64,000 nucleotides of DNA from Azolla caroliniana. Taxonomy: Eukaryota > Plantae > Polypodiophyta. This document shows, one piece after another, positions 1 to 10,400 of this stretch (positions are counted from its first letter, which is position 1; each line of letters starts with the position of its first letter). The stretch covers positions 8,742,001-8,806,000 of the forward strand of contig JBHGNT010000017.1 of assembly GCA_043228905.1 (NCBI GenBank), given 5' to 3'. The position numbers and the translations under genes are program-made. The notes under the pieces were generated by a model that saw nothing but the letters and a program-made list of their open reading frames with translations, had not been told where the DNA came from and did no database searches.

Positions 1-102
1 CGCCTGCTCTGGTTCTGCGTGTGGTGGAGCGTCGGCGATCCGCAGCAATCCTTTTAACCCGTTCTCCCTCATCCATTGGCGTGCCTCTTTCGACAGTACC
101 AT
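1..102 (-). CDS. Element A ORF2, N-terminal conserved part (truncated by window edge)
   Basis: Hand translation from ATG at 102 gives MVLSKEARQWMRENGLKGLLRIADAPPHAEPEQA. This aligns with B ORF2 TLSEAARKWFRQNGLEGFLAIMEAPPHREADRV. Confidence 0.8.
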   Translation of the reverse strand, partial: MVLSKEARQWMRENGLKGLLRIADAPPHAEPEQA

Positions 103-621
103 TGTTTCGAATTCTTCGTCTGCTGCCTGTTGTTCGGGATCCCCCTGTGTGTGCTCTGTGCGTCGGGTCGCTCTTCTGTGCTTCTGAGCCTGTATGCAGG
201 AAAATTCGTAAAAAGTGAGCGCTTCGCAGGCCTGTGTCTTATATAGTGGGTTGTGCCTCGAGCCGCCCTTTTTCGTTTCCCGCGCATGTTCCTCTCCCGC
301 CATAATTAGTATATCCTTTCTTGTTTGCCGCGTGTGAGTGCCCACGTTCCATGCTTTAAATAGCAAGTCCGCGCACGTCCTTCTTTAATGCATGGCGCCT
401 CTTCGTTGCATGGTGGCACTCCCACCTCTTGTGATCTCCCCATCATTACGATGATTCGCGTCGATTTTGCCCACGTCATTTTTTTTTTCTTTTTTTTTTT
501 CTTTTTTTCTTTTTTTTCTTCTTGGACCACGTCATTTGCTGGTCCCCCCCCGATTTGTTCGGGTCGGTTCATGTGGATACCGGATCCTTCTGTCGGTTTT
601 CCGGGATAGTCTTCGTCAGTA

Positions 622-815
622 TCGGTGTCGGTTCTTCCTCGGTCCGAATATCTTCAGCAGCGTCTGTCGGTGTCGGTTCTTCCTCGGTCCGAATATCTTC
701 AGCAGCGTCTGTCGGTGTCGGTTCTTCCTCGGTCCGAATATCTTCAGCAGCGTCTGTCGATGTCGGTTCTTCCTCGGTCCGAATATCTTCAGCAGCGTCT
801 GTCGGTGTCGGTTCC
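622..815 (-). repeat. 45-bp in-frame tandem repeat (~4.3 copies, EEEPTPTDAAEDIRT) in the integrase C-terminal tail of A
   Basis: TCGGTGTCGGTTCTTCCTCGGTCCGAATATCTTCAGCAGCGTCTG recurs at 622, 667, 712 and 757. Confidence 0.95.
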
Positions 816-1776
816 TCATTTTGCCGGATTTCCGGGTTCCGCTTGAACGGGTTGGCTGGCATATTTCCTTTATACGGCTTTAGCCGAAATCCATTTGCCC
901 ACTTGCCGATGACATCTCCAGACAACGTGCCAAGCTGATACGACCCATTGTACTCCTTGGTGATCCAGAACGGTCTGGTCCATCGAAACCGCAACTTTCC
1001 CGGCATGTTCCCCATCCTTGTCTGGAATAGTAGCACCGGTTTCCCGACTTCGAACTCCTTTTCATTGCCACGCCGGTGTCGGTCCACGAAGGCTTTTCTC
1101 CTCCTTTGCTCCAGTTCGAGTTGTAGTAAGCTGGCTATTCGGTTTTCCTCTAATTCCAACAGCGTTGCCAGCCGGATTCGTTCAGACTCGTTCTCACTTA
1201 AGCGCTCCTTCACCTGAATCCGTAAGCTGGGGATCTGGAACTCTACCGGCATGACCGCTTCTAACCCGAATGCTAGTCGGAACGGGGTTGTCCGGATGCT
1301 GGTTTTGTACGTTGTTCGGTACGCCCATAGCGCGCTTTGCAATTTCGTATCCCAGTCGGTCCGGTTCTCGTTGACGATTTTTCGTAGGATGTTCTGCAGA
1401 GTTTTGTTCGTTGATTCCGCTAGTCCATTGGCTTGAGGGTAGTAGGGTGTACTCTTTTTATGTACCACCGCGTAAAATGACGTCAGGCTTTCTACTACCT
1501 GCCCGAGAAAATGTCCTCCTTGGTCACTTATAAGCTCGATCGGGCATCCATACCGGCACCATATGCATTCGTACAGAAACTTTGCCGTGGACGCGGCCGT
1601 ATTGTCTCGTAAGGCCTTTGCTTCTACCCATTTGGTGCAATAGTCGGTCGCCACTATGACATACCGATTTCCGGTGCGCATTGCCGGTGGTTTGAAGGGA
1701 CCGACAAAGTCCAACCCCCACTTTTGAAACGGTTCTAAGGGCAAGACCGGGTGGTGTGGCATCCGGGCCTGCTCTG

Positions 1777-2205
1777 TGTCATGAGATGGCAAGACTCGAA
1801 CCCATGACCTTATGGTATATGGGTCGAGCTCTTAACCATCTCACCATCTATTGTAATTCATAGAATATTATTTTCATTTATGTTTTATTATAAGAAAGTA
1901 ATGTATATTCCAGATTTCTCTGGAACATTCTAGAAGCTTCAGGATTATTCCTGAGAACACTATAAAAGAAGGCACTAAGCATTATGTTGAACCAAATTGG
2001 TTCAACACCAGTCTTAAGCCTCTTAGTCGATTTGTACTTATCTTTCATATAATATAAGAGCTGCTGTCATCATCCTATTTCCCTCTCTCTCTCCTCTTCT
2101 CACTTCCTCTCTCTCGGGAATCTTACGCAGTCCCGTCCTCTTAGTACTAATAGTACTACTCTTCTTAGTACTAATTCCATCTCTGTTTTAGTACTATTCC
2201 TGACA
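1777..2205 (+). repeat. 5' LTR of D
   Basis: Direct repeat of 7013-7441. TATAAAA at 1961. Confidence 0.97.
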
Positions 2206-2207
2206 GT

Positions 2208-2219
2208 TTGAACCAATTT
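2208..2219 (+). promoter_or_regulatory. Self-priming PBS of D (TTGAACCAATTT)
   Basis: No TGG tRNA PBS. The site is a 12/12 reverse complement of LTR 1994-2005, about 30 nt downstream of the TATA box. Confidence 0.85.
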
Positions 2220-2274
2220 TTTCCTCTAGCCTACTTGTCACTCTCCCTCATCCTCCTACCCTTTCCCCTATACT

Positions 2275-3432
2275 ATGGCTACTGTTAGCGCCCAAGAATA
2301 CCAATCCGTTTTCTCCGAGCTACAGTGCCTAAAAGAAAAGTTTGTTGCCTTGGAACAAGAAAACCAACGGCTGATAGGGGATCTGCAACAAATCGCTCTA
2401 GAAAAACAACAAACGCAACAACAACATGGGGAGTTAGCGTTACGGGTACAACAACTCGAAGCAGCGTTGCAACAACAAGGATCCAGTCCCCAAGGATTTC
2501 ATAAAGAGCCCAAGATTGGACTTCCTGTGAAATTTGATGGAACGCGTTCGCAATTTCGGGGATTCCTTAATCAGGTACGCTTAGTCATCCAGATGCATCC
2601 TTCCCAATATCCCACTGATGCATCTCGAGTCGGCCTAATAGGCACGCTACTTAGCGGCTCAGCCTTGGCATGGTTCGCTCCGCTTCTAGAAAAACAATCG
2701 CCCTTGCTTAATAACTTTGAAGATTTTATTGGTGAGTTTAAAGCCTGCTTTGGAGACACCGACAGCATCAGGACGGCGATCAACAAGATCCGGCGATTGC
2801 GTCAAGGCGATCGTCCAGCCTCTGCCTACGCGGCGGATTTCCGCCTACTTGCTTCAGATATACCCTGGGATGATCAAGCACTAATGGAGCAGTTTCGCTA
2901 TGGCTTGCGAAACGATGTCAAAGATCTACTTCTAACTTTCCCCGAAGAACCAAAGTCCCTTACGGAGGCAATCAGTCGAGCAGTTCGATGTGACAACCGC
3001 CTTTTTGAACGGCGTTCAGAACGTCAATTACAGATACCACGCTCTAGGCCAGAGCCCACTTACGCCGCAGTCGCGGCTAAACCGTTTGCACGAGACATAC
3101 CTCAAGCAAATACTTCGACACCGATGGAGATCGATACCATGCGTCGACGCGGCCCGTTATCGGAAGAAGAAAAGCAACGACGACGTGCCAATCGATTATG
3201 CCTTTATTGCGGTGGACCAGGACATATCGCCATCAATTGTCCCCATAGGCCAAGAAGACAGGTAAATCAAATTGTCGCCTGTACTAAACCTGAGTCAATT
3301 CTTCCCTTCGGAGTGTCTGATAGTAGTAATAGTACTAATAGAGTGTCAGATAGTATTCATAGTACTAATAGCCCAAGTATCTCAAATAAATTTGAAATCC
3401 TTAGTCAATTAGATGAAGAGTTAAACGATTGA
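2275..3432 (+). CDS. gag: Gag of D (coiled coil, retrotransposon capsid, CCHC knuckle)
   Basis: PVKFDGTRSQFRGF, LRQG...YAADF and CLYCGGPGHIAINC motifs. Confidence 0.95.
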   Translation: MATVSAQEYQSVFSELQCLKEKFVALEQENQRLIGDLQQIALEKQQTQQQHGELALRVQQLEAALQQQGSSPQGFHKEPKIGLPVKFDGTRSQFRGFLNQVRLVIQMHPSQYPTDASRVGLIGTLLSGSALAWFAPLLEKQSPLLNNFEDFIGEFKACFGDTDSIRTAINKIRRLRQGDRPASAYAADFRLLASDIPWDDQALMEQFRYGLRNDVKDLLLTFPEEPKSLTEAISRAVRCDNRLFERRSERQLQIPRSRPEPTYAAVAAKPFARDIPQANTSTPMEIDTMRRRGPLSEEEKQRRRANRLCLYCGGPGHIAINCPHRPRRQVNQIVACTKPESILPFGVSDSSNSTNRVSDSIHSTNSPSISNKFEILSQLDEELND

Positions 3433-6400
3433 GTCCAGCCAAAATAGGAGCCATTTGGTTGGACAGCAGCCCTAGATCTGTACAGCCCATTAGTGGTTCC
3501 ATTCCTTCCAAGCAAGTTAGCAATGTGTTCCTAGCCCAAGTCATTGTTAGTACTAAAAGTACTCCCCCAGTACCCGTCCTAGCACTTTTAGATTCCGGAG
3601 CTAATTCCTGTTTTATGGATCGAAATTTTGCCCAAGCTTCTCAGATATCCTTAAGAAAACTTCCTTGTCCCGCATCTGTAGTGGTCATTGATGGTCGTCC
3701 CATTGCTTCCGGGAATATTGTAGAAGAATCAGAACCCATTCAAGTTGTCCTAGGTAGTTTTGTGTGTATAATATCATTTAATATAATTAGTAGTCCAGAG
3801 CATCCCATTGTCCTAGGATTACCTTGGCTTGAGTTACATAATCCAGCCATAGATTGGAGAACAAGAGAAGTCCGATATCGACCACCCCAAGAATCAACTC
3901 GCCGAGTTTCGACCATTTCACTCCATCAACTACGCGAAGAAGGACCCAAGGAGGCAATGTTCCTATTTTCCATATCAGTACATCCTTCCAGCACTATTAA
4001 GAAGGACTCCTCAGTACAACTTCCGGCAAAATATCATCCTTATGCCGATGTATTTGACAAGGTAAAAGCCGGTACCCTTCCTCATCACCGTCCCTATGAC
4101 TGTCCCATCGATTTACAACCAGGAACCGAGCCACCATGGGGACCAATTTACAACCTGTCACCCACCGAGTTAGAAGTCCTTCGAGCCTACATAGAGGAGA
4201 ACTTGGCAAGCGGGTTCATCCGTCATTCGAAATCTCCGGCCGGTGCACCCATCTTCTTTGTCAAGAAGAAAGATGGCTCACTTCGTCTTGTCGTTGATTA
4301 CCGCGGATTAAATAAAGTCACCATCCGGAATAGGTATGCACTTCCTCTTATATCAAGTCTTTTAGAGCGAGTTAATGGTGCCAAGTTTTTTACTAAAATC
4401 GACCTACGCGGAGCGTATAATCTCGTGCGGATCCGACCGGGAGATGAGTGGAAGACCGCTTTTCGCACGCGGTATGGGCATTTTGAGTATACTGTTATGC
4501 CGTTTGGCCTAACCAATGCACCCGCAGTCTTCCAACACATGGCAAATGATATATTCAGAGACCTCTTGGATATCTGTTTGATCATTTATCTGGATGATCT
4601 GTTGATTTATTCGAAGACCCAGGAAGAGCACGACTCTCATGTACTATTAGTACTAAAGCGACTCCGCGAGAATGGTCTTTATGCCAAGCTAGAAAAATGT
4701 AGCTTTGACTGCAAGCAAGTGGAATTTCTAGGCTACGTCATCTCCTCAAAGGGCATCGCCATGGATCCAGCTAAGATCCAAACTGTACTAGAGTGGCAAA
4801 TTCCACGGTCGGTACGAGATGTACAATGTTTTCTAGGTTTTGCTAACTTCTACCGTAAGTTTATACAGGATTACTCGAAGATTATTTTACCTCTCACACA
4901 ACTTACGAAGAAGGGCCAAGCATTTCTTTGGTCCATGGAAGCAGATATGGCTTTTCGGCATCTTAAGAAAGCCTTTACATCAGCACCGATTCTAGCTCAT
5001 GTGGATACAAGCAAACCATTCATCATGGAGGCCGACGCATCAGATTTCGCCCTCGGTAGCATCCTTTCTCAACAAGGTGATAAGGAAGAGTTGCATCCGG
5101 TGGCTTTCCATTCGCGCAAATTCGATGTCGCAGAAATCAACTACGAAATACATGACAAGGAGTTATTAGCCATCGTGGATTCATTTGTACAATGGCGGCA
5201 TTTCTTAGAGGGCTCTCCACATCAGGTCATTGTCTTCAGCGATCATAAAAATCTTGCTTATTTTCAGAACGCTCGCGTACTAAATCGACGGCAAGCTCGG
5301 TGGGCGCAATTCCTCACGCGTTTCGACTTCAAAATCACATATCGACCGGGGAAGCAGCAAGGAAAAGCAGATGCACTATCACGACGTTCATATCTTGCAC
5401 CTCGTCCGGGTGAAGCAACATTTGATAATCAAAAGCAAGTAATCTTGGGACCAACACGATTGCACACGACGCGGATTTTTCACACCCCGATGGATTCACG
5501 GATTACCGATGACATACGTGCAACCTTGAAGACGGATAGTTTTGCTCAAGACATCTTGGCGCACATTGATACTTCTCGGGCATCCTGTTCTCAGTCTCAA
5601 CAACCAGGTATTGACTACCGACAATTCGAATATCATGATGGTTTGTTATTCTTTAAAAAGCGCGTATATGTCCCCGATTGCTCCTGTCGCCTTCAAATTG
5701 TCCAACATTGTCACGACACCCATACGGCGGGACATTTCGGTAGTACTAAGACGTTGGAGCTAGTGCAGCGATCTTTTTGGTGGCCCCACATGCGCCGTTT
5801 TGTCGACGACTACGTTCGGACCTGTGATGCTTGCTGCCGAGCAAAGATGCCACGACACCATCCATATGGCTTGTTGGAACCTTTACCAATTCCAAGTAAG
5901 CCATGGCAGTCTATTTGTCTTGATTTTATCACAGATCTGCCGGTCTCGAAAGGGTTCGATGCTATCCTAACCGTCGTCGATCGATATACGAAGATGGCAC
6001 ATTTTGTGCCATGTACTAAAGCCATCACTAGCGAGGAAACCGCCGCTCTTGTTATGCGTGAGGTTTTTCGGCATCATGGCCTCCCAGACAGTATTATCAG
6101 TGACCGAGGCCCGCAATTTGTCTCCAAATTTTGGCAGCATCTCTTCAAGATGCTCAAGGTCTCCTGCAACCTCTCCTCCGGCTACCATCCTCAAACCGAC
6201 GGACAGGCGGAACGAACAAACCAAACGCTGGAGCAATATCTCCGGTGTTTCCTGAGTTATCAACAGGACGATTGGGCCGAGATTCTCCACTTTGCGGAGT
6301 TTGCGTATAATAATGCTATTCACTCCTCGACTCGGGTCTCCCCATTTTTCGCTTATACCGGTTTCCATCCTCGCTGGTCGGTGATCGACACTCCGGAGCT

Positions 6401-7001
6401 ACCTACCAACCCTCGTGCCGAGGATCATTTGGAGAGGCTACGCAAGATCCAGATGGATCTCTCTACTCACCTTCGTCATGCTCAACACACACAGAAGACT
6501 TATGCGGATCGTCATCGGATTCCCTCCTCTTTTGCCATCGGAGATCGAGTATGGCTCTTACGTCGTCACATCAAGACTACTCGACCGTGCGACAAGTTGG
6601 ATTATCGACGACTCGGTCCTTTCCGTATTACGGGGAAGATTAATGATGTCACCTTCCGCCTTGATCTCCCTCTGCAGCTTCAGATACATCCGGTTTTCCA
6701 TTGTTCTCTTCTTGAACCTTATAAAGCAAACACCATTCCCGATCGTGTGACACCACCGCCGCCCCCACTGGAGTTGGACGCCGGCCCGGAGTATGAAGTT
6801 GCTGCCATCCTCGATTCCAAACTTGTTCGCAACAAACTCTATTACTTGGTCGATTGGCTCGGTTATAGTCCGAGCGAACGTACTTGGGAACCCGTCGAGA
6901 ATGTTGCCAATGCACAAGATCTTCTTGCTGATTTCCACCGAAAGTATCCGGACAAACCCGGTCCGCAAGTAGCGCTGACTCGTTCCACTCGTCGTCTTTA
7001 A
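3420..7001 (+). CDS. pol: Pol of D (PR-RT-RNase H-IN-chromodomain), in -1 frame to gag
   Basis: LLDSGA, YLDD, DASDFALG, integrase HHCC and core, and C-terminal EYEVAAILDS...YLVDWLGY...TWEP chromodomain. Confidence 0.95.
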   Translation, partial: VKRLSPAKIGAIWLDSSPRSVQPISGSIPSKQVSNVFLAQVIVSTKSTPPVPVLALLDSGANSCFMDRNFAQASQISLRKLPCPASVVVIDGRPIASGNIVEESEPIQVVLGSFVCIISFNIISSPEHPIVLGLPWLELHNPAIDWRTREVRYRPPQESTRRVSTISLHQLREEGPKEAMFLFSISVHPSSTIKKDSSVQLPAKYHPYADVFDKVKAGTLPHHRPYDCPIDLQPGTEPPWGPIYNLSPTELEVLRAYIEENLASGFIRHSKSPAGAPIFFVKKKDGSLRLVVDYRGLNKVTIRNRYALPLISSLLERVNGAKFFTKIDLRGAYNLVRIRPGDEWKTAFRTRYGHFEYTVMPFGLTNAPAVFQHMANDIFRDLLDICLIIYLDDLLIYSKTQEEHDSHVLLVLKRLRENGLYAKLEKCSFDCKQVEFLGYVISSKGIAMDPAKIQTVLEWQIPRSVRDVQCFLGFANFYRKFIQDYSKIILPLTQLTKKGQAFLWSMEADMAFRHLKKAFTSAPILAHVDTSKPFIMEADASDFALGSILSQQGDKEELHPVAFHSRKFDVAEINYEIHDKELLAIVDSFVQWRHFLEGSPHQVIVFSDHKNLAYFQNARVLNRRQARWAQFLTRFDFKITYRPGKQQGKADALSRRSYLAPRPGEATFDNQKQVILGPTRLHTTRIFHTPMDSRITDDIRATLKTDSFAQDILAHIDTSRASCSQSQQPGIDYRQFEYHDGLLFFKKRVYVPDCSCRLQIVQHCHDTHTAGHFGSTKTLELVQRSFWWPHMRRFVDDYVRTCDACCRAKMPRHHPYGLLEPLPIPSKPWQSICLDFITDLPVSKGFDAILTVVDRYTKMAHFVPCTKAITSEETAALVMREVFRHHGLPDSIISDRGPQFVSKFWQHLFKMLKVSCNLSSGYHPQTDGQAERTNQTLEQYLRCFLSYQQDDWAEILHFAEFAYNNAIHSSTRVSPFFAYTGFHPRWSVIDTPELPTNPRAEDHLERLRKIQMDLSTHLRHAQHTQKTYADRHRIPSSFAIGDRVWLLRRHIKTTRPCDKLDYRRLGPFRITGKINDVTFRLDLPLQLQIHPVFHCSLLEPYKANTIPDRVTPPPPPLELDAGPEYEVAAILDSKLVRNKLYYLVDWLGYSPSERTWEPVENVANAQDLLADFHRKYPDKPGPQVALTRSTRRL

Positions 7002-7012
7002 GGGGGAGATAG

Positions 7013-7441
7013 TGTCATGAGATGGCAAGACTCGAACCCATGACCTTATGGTATATGGGTCGAGCTCTTAACCATCTCACCATCTATTGTAATTCATAGA
7101 ATATTATTTTCATTTATGTTTTATTATAAGAAAGTAATGTATATTCCAGATTTCTCTGGAACATTCTAGAAGCTTCAGGATTATTCCTGAGAACACTATA
7201 AAAGAAGGCACTAAGCATTATGTTGAACCAAATTGGTTCAACACCAGTCTTAAGCCTCTTAGTCGATTTGTACTTATCTTTCATATAATATAAGAGCTGC
7301 TGTCATCATCCTATTTCCCTCTCTCTCTCCTCTTCTCACTTCCTCTCTCTCGGGAATCTTACGCAGTCCCGTCCTCTTAGTACTAATAGTACTACTCTTC
7401 TTAGTACTAATTCCATCTCTGTTTTAGTACTATTCCTGACA
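7013..7441 (+). repeat. 3' LTR of D
   Basis: Direct repeat of 1777-2205, preceded by the PPT. Confidence 0.97.
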
Positions 7442-10400
7442 CTCTGTGGGTTGGCCCAGTCGTTGACACAAATCGCATTCTCTGCTATACTTCACGGCAT
7501 CTTTTAGGGTGGTCGGCCACCACAGTCCGCTCTGCCATATTTTCCGAGCGGTTGCATCGCCGGCATAATGCCCGCCGGCAATTCCACAGTGGGCTTCCCT
7601 GAGGATTAGATCCTTCTCATCACTCCGCACTGCTCGTCTCTAGATGCCATCTGCCCCCTTGTGATAGAGGGTGTCTCCAACCAAGCAGAAATGTCTACTT
7701 CTTACTGCTACCCTTTTCCTTTCATCGCGGTCCATGTTCTCCGGGGAAACTCCGGTGCTCAGGAATTGGTGCATCTCAGTTAGCCATGTGTCTTCGTCGG
7801 CTACCGTTGTATCCGTTGCCGGTTTCGTCGTGATCCGGAACAATTCGGCGTCGGGAAACTCATCCTGGACGCCGTCCCCTGCTTCTCCGGATTTGAGTCT
7901 GCTTAGATAGTCCGCTACCGCATGCTGCGCCCCGGGTCGGTGGAAAATGTCGAATTCAAATTCCTGTAGTAGCAGTGTCCACCGTGCAATTTTTCCCGTC
8001 AGGGATGCCTTCGAGACCAGGTAGAGTAGTGTCGAATGGTCGACATGGAAGGAAAACTTCCTTCCGAGCAGATAGTGCCTGTACTTTGTGACACTATACA
8101 CCATTCCCAATGCCTCGCGTTCCGTTGTAGAGTAATTCCGTTCGGCTTTTGACAGTTTCCGGCTTGCGTAGTACACCGGTCGGTACCATTTCGGCTCTGT
8201 GAGTTGCATCAGAACGCTGCCGATTGCTACGTCCGACGCGTCGACGAAGACGTGAAAGCTTTTACTCCAATCCGGCGGTTGCACCACCGGAGCTTGCGAC
8301 AGCATAACCTTCAACGCTTTGTAGGATTCCTCCTCCGTCTCTGCCCATAGGAAGGGTACCCTATGTACGGCGGTATGTAACGGTGTAGCGAAGTCCGCGA
8401 GGTGCCGTATCATCCAGCTATGCCACCTTATTTGGCCCAGGAACCGGCTTAAAGCCTTTGCGTTACTTGGTGTTGGTGCCTCGAGAATCGCCTTGACTTT
8501 ATCCGGATCTACCGCGATTCCTTCCTTACTCACCACGTGCCCTAGCAAGTTGCCGCTTGCCACTCCAAAGACGCATTTGGCCGGATTCAGGCTCAATCGG
8601 TACTCGCGGCACTTCTCCAAGCACAGCCGGAGGTGATCGAGATGCTCTCCGTGCCGGCTGTAGACCGCGAAATCGTCAAGGAAGACCTGCATAAAACCGG
8701 GGATATATTCCCCGAAAATTTCCATTATTATCCTTTGAAAGGTCGCTGGAGCCGTCTTTAGTCCGAACATCATCACGACCGCGACGAACACTCCCCATTC
8801 CGTCACGAACGCTGTCTTCTCTTGGTCGGCCGGGTTCATTCGTATTTGGTTGTAGCCGCTAAATCCAGCCAGGAAGCTGTAAACTTCGTGCCCGGCTACC
8901 GCATCTAACACCCCGTCCGTAAATGGTAGTGGAAACGCATCGGTCACTGTTGCGGCATTTAGTTTTCGGTAGTCCACGCATACCCGGATTTTGCCGTTCT
9001 TTTTCGGGACCACCACTATCGGACTTAGCCAGGTTGCCTGCTTGACCGGTCGGATAAATCCGACCCGGAGGAGCTTATCAATTTCCTCCTTCACCTTTGC
9101 CGCATAATTCGGATTCATCCGGTACCTGCGTTGAGCAATCGGTTTCGCATCCGTACTTAGGTGAATTTGGTGCTGATAGAGCTGGGGGTCCAGCCCTCGC
9201 ATGTCTTCGTACGACCACGCGAACACATCCTTGAAGTCTGTTAACAATGCTACCATTGCCTTCTTTTCTTCCTTCGGCAATTCCTTTGCAACATTTACCG
9301 GTCGGGGCTTGTCTGCTGTGCCGAGGTCCACCTCCTCGAGTTGGGATGCTTTTACCCTCTGGGATATCGTCATTTCCCTCTCTAGGGATTCCTGCGCTTG
9401 TCGCAGTTCCCGGATCGCCGCTTGGTCCGGTTCTTCCGGCGTCGGAATGTACGGTTCTACTGCCGTCGTGATATCCACCTCAAATAGTGGGACGATTTGT
9501 GGGTGTTCCTCGAGGTACCGCTCGACTTCCTCGTCCGGTAATCCCTCCAACATGTTAATGCTTTCCGCATACAATGGAGTTGCTTCCTTACTGGTGATCA
9601 CCCGTGGTTGCGTCGTTACTCGTACCTTTGTTTTCCCTCGCCGGAATGTGATCATGTTCTTTTGCCAGTTCTGCTTGATATGCGCCGTTCGCAGCCATGG
9701 TCGTCCTAGCAGTAGGGGGTACGCGCCTTGTACATTCAGCTGCAGCACCACGGCCGATATCCGGAATACGTGGCCTCCGATCGTTATTTCCAAGTCCCGG
9801 ATAAGCCCGGTCGGTCGAACTGAGCTAGTATCCTTCATGCGTAACCAGAAGGGGCATGGTTCCCATTCCCGGATGCCCAGGTCGTTGCATGTCTGTTGGC
9901 TGATGACATTTACCCCGGAGCCTCCGTCAATAATCGTTCCAGCAATTTCCTTTCCTTTCACGATTGTCGTGATCGCCGGGCTACTTGTATCGACCACCGC
10001 TGGTCCTTCCTCCGGGTTGGAGAAGAATGTCGGTGCTGGCGTCGGCTTCGGTTTGCTGACGGATGCCTGTAGGTCTGCCGTAAATCGTGGCACTAACTGT
10101 AGTAGTCGTGCTAACGGCAGCACGATTTGACAGTCTTGTAGCGCTTGCCATGTTGGGTTTTCTCCTGGCTGTATGATTTCTTCGTCTTTTGGCATATTTT
10201 GGTCTCTTACTTCTGCCGCATTCTGTTCATTGACCTCCTTGATCCATTGTGTCCCTTGTTTTCTGATTGCCTCCTAGGCTTCCCACTCGGCGGTCTTTCC
10301 CTTTGACCGGGTTGTGACCTGCTGTACTTCTGTTATTTCGGTTGTAACCATGTTGACTTCCGGCTGCTTGTCATAGCTTTTGCTTGGGCATTGGTTACTA

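Larger units (their letters stand above)
1777..7441 (+). mobile_element. Element D: intact chromovirus (Tcn1/Tf1-like Ty3/gypsy) LTR retrotransposon
   Basis: 429-bp LTRs at 1777-2205 and 7013-7441 (TGTCA...TGACA, identical by eye). TSD CTCTG at 1772-1776 and 7442-7446. PPT AAGGGGGAGATAG at 7000-7012. Intact gag and pol with a chromodomain. Confidence 0.97.

Noticed and set aside
9201-10130. 309-aa antisense ORF and other shadow ORFs over gag-pol
   Set aside because: Mirror-frame openness from GC-rich codon usage. It is broken in the intact copy B.
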